A stretch of DNA of 24,619 nucleotides from Octopus sinensis (taxonomy: Eukaryota), in NCBI RefSeq assembly GCF_006345805.1, contig NW_021836344.1, positions 1-24,619 on the forward strand. The letters are read 5' to 3'. How positions within the stretch are numbered: the stretch's first letter is position 1; each line of letters starts with the position of its first letter. A program made the position numbers and the translations under genes. Shown piece by piece: positions 21,904-24,619 of this stretch. The notes under the pieces were generated by a model. It had not been told where the DNA came from and searched no databases. It saw only the letters and a program-made list of their open reading frames with translations.

Positions 21904-22682
21904 TTTCTTTATAACACACAAGGGGCTAAACACAAAGGGGACAAACAAGGACAGACAAACGGATTAAGTCGATTACATCGACCCCAGTGCGTAACTGGTA
22001 CTTAATTTATCGACCCCGAAAGGATGAAAGGCAAAGTCGACCTCGGTGGAATTTGAACTCAGAACGTAACGGCAGACGAAATACCTATTTCTTTATTACC
22101 CACAGGGTGCTAAACACAGAGGGGACAAACAAGGACAGGCATAGGTATTAAGTCGATTACATCGACCACAGTGCGTAACTGGTACTTAATTTATCGACCC
22201 CGAAAGGATGAAAGGCAAAGTCGACCTCGGCTGAATTTGAACTCAGAACGTAACGGCAGACGAAATACCTATTTCTTTACTACCCACAAGGGGCTAAACA
22301 CAGAGGGACCAAACAAGGACAGACAAACGAATTAAGTCGATTACATCGACCCCAGTGCGTAACTGGTACTTAATTTATCGACCCCGAAAGGATGAAAGGC
22401 AAAGTCGACCTCGGCGGAATTTGAACTCAGAACGTAACGGCAGCCGAAATACCTATTTCTTTACTACCCACAGGGGGCTAAACACAGAGGGGACAAACAA
22501 GGACAGGCATAGGTATTAAGTCGATTACATCGACCCCAGTGCGTAACTGGTACTTAATTTATCGACCCCGAAAGGATGAAAGGCAAAGTCGACCTCGGTG
22601 GAATTTGAACTTGGAACGTAACGGCAGACGAAATACGGCTACGCATTTCGCCCGGCGGTGCTAACGGTTCTGCCAGCTCGCC
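21904..22682 (-). mobile_element. SINE-B tetramer (head unit plus three head-less units, 184-bp period)
   Basis: Minus-strand unit starts at 22636, 22452, 22268 and 22084; head GGCGAGCTGGCAGAACCGTTAG at 22682. Confidence 0.94.
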
Positions 22683-22976
22683 ATGCAGTATTCGGAGTCA
22701 GTGCATGTGCAGTGTTGCATGTTTTGCTTTATGTATGTATCCACTTGCATATCTAGACATGCTCATATATATATTTAAATGATAAACTTTTGGAAAGTTT
22801 TACAGATCTTTACAGTTCCATTGATGGATTGGATCTGTAGTCTTCGAATCAGCTTTCTCCTTTCTGGTTTCGAGAAGCCTTATTTCGCAAGATTGGCAAT
22901 TAGACAATGAATTACATTGTATCCCAGGCTCCCAATAATTACAATAGATGTATGCATGGCTGTACGTACGTATTTT

Positions 22977-23140
22977 ATTCCTTTACTTGTTTTACGTTCA
23001 TTTGACTGTGACCATGCTGGGGCACCGCCTCAAAGGATTAAACTCGAAGAAATCGACCCTCCCCCCCCAGGACTCATTATTTGGAAGCCTAGCACTTATT
23101 CTACCAGTCTCTTTTTGCTGGACCGATAAGTTACGGGGAC
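22977..23140 (-). mobile_element. Diverged SINE-A 3' fragment
   Basis: TTTGACTGTGACCATGCTGGGGCACCGCC...CTTATTCTACCAGTCTC...AAGTTACGGGGAC. Confidence 0.8.
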
Positions 23141-23141
23141 T

Positions 23142-23228
23142 TCCTCCTCTACCCTTTCCTCCTCCTCCTCCTCCTCCTCCTCCACCTCCTCCACCTCCTT
23201 CTCCTTCTCCTCCCCCTCCCCCTCCTCC
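23142..23228. repeat. (CCT)n polypyrimidine microsatellite
   Basis: Read directly; source of the poly-Pro ORF. Confidence 0.95.
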
Positions 23229-23369
23229 ATGTCGTAAGTGATGATATCAGCACAACATCGGCCAGTCTACTTTCAACGCTGATATTTCCTTATCAATGAA
23301 AAGGTCAACAGCTTTAACAATTCGAACATTGCAACAACAACAACAACAACACCGATAGCAGCAGTAACG

Positions 23370-23405
<36 letters not shown>

Positions 23406-23443
23406 CATATATATGTGTGTGTGTGTATATATATATACGTATA

Positions 23444-23829
23444 GGCGTAGGCGTGGTTGTGTGGTAAGAAGCTTGTTTCCCAACCACATGGTTCCGGGTT
23501 CAGTCCCACTAGGTGGCACTTTGGGCAAGTGCCATCTACTATAGCCTCGGGCCGACCATAGTCTTGTGAGTGGATTTGGTAGATGGAAACTGAAAGAAGC
23601 CCGTCATATATATATATATATATAATATATATACATGTGTATGTGAGTTTGTTCCCCACCCAACCATCACTATACAATCGATGTTGGTGTGTTTACGTCC
23701 CTGTAACTTAAGGGTTCGGCAACAGAGGACGATAGAATAAATAAAAGATTAAGCCCTACGATCGATTTCTTCGACTATAATTCAAAAGGCGCTGCTCCAG
23801 CATGGATGCAGTCAAATGACTGAAACAAG

Positions 23830-23832
<3 letters not shown>
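23444..23832 (+). mobile_element. SINE-A, full length, diverged; followed by (TA)n to ~23920
   Basis: GGCGTAGGCGTGGTTGTGTGG head, GGTTCAGTCCC B-box, tail GCTCCAGCATGGATGCAGTCAAATGACTGAAACAAG. Confidence 0.9.
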
Positions 23833-23923
<91 letters not shown>

Positions 23924-24317
23924 GATAGGTGTCAATTCGGTACAGCTGTTCGAACAAATTTTTCAATTAATTAATGGCTACGTTATATAATTGTAAAAAA
24001 TCGTTTTCTTCGGTTGAATACAGGAGCCACATTATTCGGAACATTTGAAAACGTTTTTATGATTCCACGATCATGGCTGATCACAAAATGAGTTTGCCAA
24101 GTCAAAACAAATTAAAAAGGGGTTCTATAGCAGGGGACAGTACTACGTCATTCGTGTACTTAATACAGATTTATAGTCTTGAAGGCATAGTCGGCATAGG
24201 TAAACGGACAGCCAAGCGTCTCCCCTCCACAATTAAGAAAGGGATGGTTTCGTTTATCTTACGATACAATCAAACAAGAAATGAAGGTTTAAAAGCAAAA
24301 GATAAGGTTCATATTTA

Positions 24318-24619
24318 TCTCTATATATAAAAACGGCAAAATGTCTGTCTGTGTGTGTGTCCTTTATACAAATCCACAATTTTTCAGTTAGAGGGCTCGC
24401 ACTTTCTATGGTCATTCATAACCGTCGAAGGGTGGTCGTGCACATCTTTACATTTCCCCAGTCACCCTGCAAAGCCATTAAAAAATCAATAGAAATGACT
24501 TTTTTGTGAAGTTTCTATCCAAAAGCGAATCAAAATGCCCGAAACTTGATACGCCAATTGAATGCCAGCTAGCTGTATGTGATTGGTCGGAGAATTGGAC
24601 AGTAGTCGCGTGCATGTGC
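24318..24619 (+). mobile_element. Probable Helitron 5' end (different family), truncated by the window edge
   Basis: A|TCTCTATATATAAAAACGGCAAAATGTCTGTCTGTGTGTGTGTC resembles the TC..TATA(T/C)ATAAAA start of the two complete Helitrons; no 3' end is available to confirm. Confidence 0.55.

Noticed and set aside
21904-22682. Regular repeat array resembling CRISPR
   Set aside because: Whole 184-bp units repeat with no unique spacers, there are no cas genes, and the context is a eukaryotic SINE.
24073-24330. 85-aa ORF MADHKMSLPS...
   Set aside because: No recognisable domain or convincing splice context, and it runs into the Helitron-like 5' end.

Overview
AT-rich eukaryotic non-coding DNA, saturated with microsatellites and made almost entirely of transposable-element copies and relics. 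I infer a cephalopod (Octopus-like) origin from the tRNA-derived SINE families and the density of (TA)n/(TACA)n/(ATT)n repeats; this was not checked by a search. No intact host gene, rRNA, functional tRNA or CRISPR array is supported, and most listed ORFs are read-throughs of microsatellites or SINEs. Recognisable content: two decayed RTE-clade LINEs tail-to-tail, a CR1-type 3' end, R4/Dong-type LINE relics (RLE domain and a very decayed RT), three or four tRNA-derived SINE families (labelled A-D here), non-autonomous Helitrons, a probable hAT element with nested insertions, and a GC-richer LTR-like segment with 101-bp tandem repeats. Best leads: (1) minimal type-I hammerhead ribozyme motifs of the Penelope-associated kind, one duplicated inside a spacerless 152-bp palindrome; (2) SINE-B multimers at three loci in which head-less 184-bp units start at the 3' edge of a hairpin loop in the tRNA-like head; (3) a 5-copy tandem array of SINE-A heads bounded by (TA)n; (4) a 41-bp symmetric Helitron-terminus palindrome.
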